Source of the DNA: Nannocystis bainbridge
Lineage (GTDB): Bacteria > Myxococcota_A > Polyangia > Nannocystales > Nannocystaceae
Direction: 5' to 3'
Length of the DNA: 64,000 nt
Assembly: GCF_028368995.1 (NCBI RefSeq)
Contig: NZ_JAQNDL010000002.1
Span: 96,001 to 160,000, forward strand
Of the stretch, positions 59,222-64,000 are shown piece after piece (positions within the stretch are counted from its first letter, which is position 1; every line of letters starts with the position of its first letter). Made by a program: the position numbers and the translations under genes. The notes under the pieces are model-generated. The model was not told where the DNA came from and made no database searches. It was given only the letters and a program-made list of their open reading frames with translations.

Positions 59222-60655
59222 TCACGGGTCCGGAGGCCGGTCGCCGCCAGCGACGTCGGGCGCGCCGGCGGTGGCGGGCCGCGCATCGCCGTCGATGTCG
59301 GTCTGCGGGTCGCCCGGCTGCCAGCGGGCGCGGCCGGCGAGCGCGCCGCCGTCGCCCGCGAGGTGGAGCAGGCCGGCGTCCCAGCCGGCGAAGATCGGCG
59401 AGACCTCGTTGGCCTGGATCAAGTGGGTGTTCTTGTCGGGGTTGGCGAACGGCCCGAGGGTCACGACCGAGTCGCGGATGTCGACGGCGCTGGGGACACA
59501 ATCGAAGGTGTCGACGAGGACGTGGCTGAGGAGGGCGGAGTTGCGGGCGACGAGGGTGGCGGTGCCGTCGAGGCAGGTGAAGAGGCCGAACATGTGCTGG
59601 GTGATGTCGCCGAGCGTGGTGTAGACGAGGTCGGCCGCGGCGGCGCTGCCGATCGCCAGCGCCGGGCCCATGTTGAGGTGGGCGACGAGGCTGTTCTCGA
59701 GCCGCAAGGTGCCGCCGTCCTCGACGAGCATGCCCTCGAGGTTGAGCCGGAGCTCGCTGCGGCGCAGCACGACGTCGCAGTCGGACACGGCGACGGCGCG
59801 GCCGGTGAAGCCGAGGATGGCGGAGTCGTCGAGCCAAAGATCGGCGGCGGCGCTGCAGCGGACGGCGGCGCTGCCCTGGCCGCCCTCGATCACGATCTGC
59901 GAGAGATAGAGCTCGCTGTCGATCGGCGGGCGAGCGAGGCCGAGGCGGATCACGGGGTCGGCGTCGACGGTGAACACGACGCCAGGCCCGCCGAGCACGG
60001 CGATCCGGCGCCCGCCTTCGCTCACCTCGATGCCGGCCTGGTAGAGGCCGGGGGCGAGGTGGAACACGAGGTGGGTGGTGTCGAAGAACTGGCCGTGCGC
60101 CTGGGCGACCGAGCAGCACGGCTGGGCGAACGAGCACGGCTGATCGCTGCAGGCGCTGCTCGGGTCGACGTAGGCGTGCGAGGTGGCTTCGTCCGGGAAG
60201 CAGAGGCCGTCGTCGAGCTCGCAGGCGGTCTCGGGGCATTCGGCGTGCTCGCGGCAGCCGCGGCAGACGTGGTCCACCGGGTCGCACACGCGGCCGCCGC
60301 AGGTGGCGCTGTCGATGCACTCGACGCACTGGCCGGCGTGACACTGCAGGCCGGGCTCGCAGTCGACGTCGCCCTGGCAGGGACAGATGTCGAGGGTGCA
60401 GGGCTCGAGGGTGGTGCTGGTGCCGGTCGGCGGCTCGGTGGCGACGCCGGTGGTGGTAGTGGTGGTGGTGTCGGTGTCGGCCTCGCCGGTGGTCGGCTCG
60501 ACGGCGGTGGTGCCGGGCTCGGTGGCGGTGGCCGGCGGCTCGGTGGTGTCGCCGCTGGTCGGCCCGGCGGTGCCCGGGTCGCTGCCGGTGGGGCTGAAGC
60601 AGGCGGTCAGGAGGAGGGCTGAACCGAAGGACAGGTAGGATGTCTTCACGGTCAT
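59222..60655 (-). CDS. Lipoprotein with Thr-rich linker, Cys-rich repeats and beta-helix-like domain
   Basis: LLTAC lipobox; CVEC..C..C repeats; C-terminal DIDGDARP...DVAGGD motif. Confidence 0.82.
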   Translation of the reverse strand: MTVKTSYLSFGSALLLTACFSPTGSDPGTAGPTSGDTTEPPATATEPGTTAVEPTTGEADTDTTTTTTTGVATEPPTGTSTTLEPCTLDICPCQGDVDCEPGLQCHAGQCVECIDSATCGGRVCDPVDHVCRGCREHAECPETACELDDGLCFPDEATSHAYVDPSSACSDQPCSFAQPCCSVAQAHGQFFDTTHLVFHLAPGLYQAGIEVSEGGRRIAVLGGPGVVFTVDADPVIRLGLARPPIDSELYLSQIVIEGGQGSAAVRCSAAADLWLDDSAILGFTGRAVAVSDCDVVLRRSELRLNLEGMLVEDGGTLRLENSLVAHLNMGPALAIGSAAAADLVYTTLGDITQHMFGLFTCLDGTATLVARNSALLSHVLVDTFDCVPSAVDIRDSVVTLGPFANPDKNTHLIQANEVSPIFAGWDAGLLHLAGDGGALAGRARWQPGDPQTDIDGDARPATAGAPDVAGGDRPPDP

Positions 60656-60698
60656 GCTCTTGAGGACAGGGTCATCGGGTCATGGATCGAGGGACAGG
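60636..60698. repeat. 14-bp-phased array (5 units) across a start codon
   Basis: Cores at 60639, 60653, 60667, 60681, 60695. Confidence 0.7.
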
Positions 60699-60815
60699 CG
60701 AGGCAAGCCGCGTCGACGGCACGGCGCCGGTCGCGGCAGCGCGAAGCGACGAAGGTGAGGCGTGGCCGAGCGCGAGCATGCCGGCATGCCTCGGCGTCAG
60801 CGCGAGAGGGCAAGC

Positions 60816-62519
<1,704 letters not shown>

Positions 62520-63090
62520 GCGTAGACTGGCTTACCTACACCAGCCGTGGCCGATCTGCACGCTAGAACGGAGTCCGCTTCTGGAGCGAGGCGCAGAACG
62601 GGCGCGCCGGCGTCAGCGGGCGGATCTGCGCTGAAACGGCGCCTGCGGGGGCGCTGCAGCGAATCGTCCGCGGCGCGGGACGAGCCGGCGTGCGGGCCTC
62701 GAGCGGCCGGTGGGTGTGCGGGATCCTCCTCCCGCGACGCGGTGCGAAGGCCGTCCAGGCGCGTGGCTGCAGGGCGCCAGCGACCGCCGCGCCGGCGTCA
62801 CGGGCCGCAGCGATCCGCGGGCGAAGCACGGGCGCGCCGAGCTCGAGGGCATGGCACAGGCCAGGCGCGAGCGGATCGGGCGGGTCGAGGTGATGTACAC
62901 TCCCGCCGGTTTCTCCCCGGATGCCGCTTCGCCCGCAACCCGCTCGCCGCCGTCGTCCACGGCCGCGGCGGCCCCCTTCGGCCCCGCTCGCAGCCCGGCG
63001 GCGCTCTCGTTGCCACGTGTCGTCCGGCTCGCGGCGGCGCGGCTGACCGGACCGTTCCGACATGTCCTTTCGGACACCTCCCCCCACGCC

Positions 63091-63981
63091 ATGAAGCACG
63101 CCACGCGTCCCTCCCGCGTCCTGTCCCTCGTCACCGCGCTGGCCCTGCTGGCGCCGCCGCCGGCGCTGGCGGCCCCGGCCCAGGACGCCAAGGCGCTGGC
63201 GGCCTTCGAGTCCGGGTTCAACGAGGGGCAGGCGAAGTTCGACCGCGGCGAGCATCTCGAGGCGGCGCGCACGTGGATCGCGGCCGCGGCCAACCTCAAG
63301 GAGACGAACGCCCACCGCGACAACCGCACGGCGGTCTACGAGTACGTGGTCGACGCGTTCACCCGCGGGCTGCAGGGCGAGACCCAGCCGGAGGCGCTGC
63401 GCGAGGCGGCCCAGGCGCTCGACGCCTACTGCGACGGCTTCACGCGCGCGTACGGGACCGAGACGCCGCTGAGCCCCAAGATCGTGGCGGCGCGCGACGA
63501 GTTCAAGCAGCGGCTCGCCAACGCCGAGGCCGCGGCGGCCGCTGCGGCGGCGCCGGTCGATCCGACGCCGGAGGGGCCCGAGGACCTGCCGCCGCCGCCG
63601 CCGCCGGACGAGACGCGGGGAGCGGGGAAGCCGTGGAAGGGCCTGGCGATCGGCGGCGGGGTGATGATCGGCCTCGGGGTCGGCGCGGCGGTGGTGGCCG
63701 GGTTCGGGGCGGCGCGCGGCAAGTCGCTGGCGAAGGAGGTCGACGATCCGGCCAACATGTGTGTGATCGCGATGCCGTCGCCGTCGTGCCAGGACCTGCT
63801 GGACCGCGGCAAGGCGGCCAACGCGATGGGCGTCGCCGGGGTGGTGCTGGCCCCGCTGCTGCTCGGCGCGGGCGTGGCCCTGCTGGCCGTCGGGCTGAAG
63901 CGCCGCTCGCGGGCGAACACCGCGTTCGCGCCGGCGCTCGCGCCGGGGTTCGCGGGGCTGAGCCTGCGCGGGTCGTTCTGA
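63091..63981 (+). CDS. Exported TPR-like protein with C-terminal hydrophobic segments
   Basis: Signal peptide; FNEGQAKFDRGEHLEAARTW helical repeat; two hydrophobic helices and terminal GLSLRGSF. Confidence 0.72.
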   Translation: MKHATRPSRVLSLVTALALLAPPPALAAPAQDAKALAAFESGFNEGQAKFDRGEHLEAARTWIAAAANLKETNAHRDNRTAVYEYVVDAFTRGLQGETQPEALREAAQALDAYCDGFTRAYGTETPLSPKIVAARDEFKQRLANAEAAAAAAAAPVDPTPEGPEDLPPPPPPDETRGAGKPWKGLAIGGGVMIGLGVGAAVVAGFGAARGKSLAKEVDDPANMCVIAMPSPSCQDLLDRGKAANAMGVAGVVLAPLLLGAGVALLAVGLKRRSRANTAFAPALAPGFAGLSLRGSF

Positions 63982-64000
63982 GGCGGTCTGGAGGGGCATG

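Overview
Very GC-rich (roughly 72-75%) bacterial chromosome segment, almost certainly myxobacterial and Nannocystis-like. The evidence is many Hanks-type Ser/Thr kinases, Thr-rich lipoproteins, a DUF1592/DUF1552 pair, ECF sigma modules and a TonB-fused TBDR. Positions 1-9.4 kb are housekeeping (rplY, pth, hppA, rpsF-rpsR-rplI, dnaB, a kinase, PNP). The rest is accessory: a SWIM-Snf2 helicase, two paralogous 'OM beta-barrel + ECF sigma + TM anti-sigma + surface lipoprotein' modules (one with sigma and anti-sigma fused), an ABC transporter split by an AKR/MFS/HxlR cassette, four more kinases, guaD-ALDH, vWA lipoproteins and a TBDR-ExbB-ExbD-TonB operon with a Fur/Zur-like box. The most striking unexplained signal is non-coding. 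A 14-bp palindrome, TGTCC-N4-GGACA, has at least 24 perfect copies and many degenerate ones, recurring every ~1-3 kb from 9.36 kb to the end. It forms 14-bp-phased tandem arrays at most convergent gene junctions and is also written into coding sequences, but it is absent from the ribosomal-protein/dnaB region. No tRNA, rRNA, CRISPR array or transposase was recognised. All calls were made by eye without database searches.
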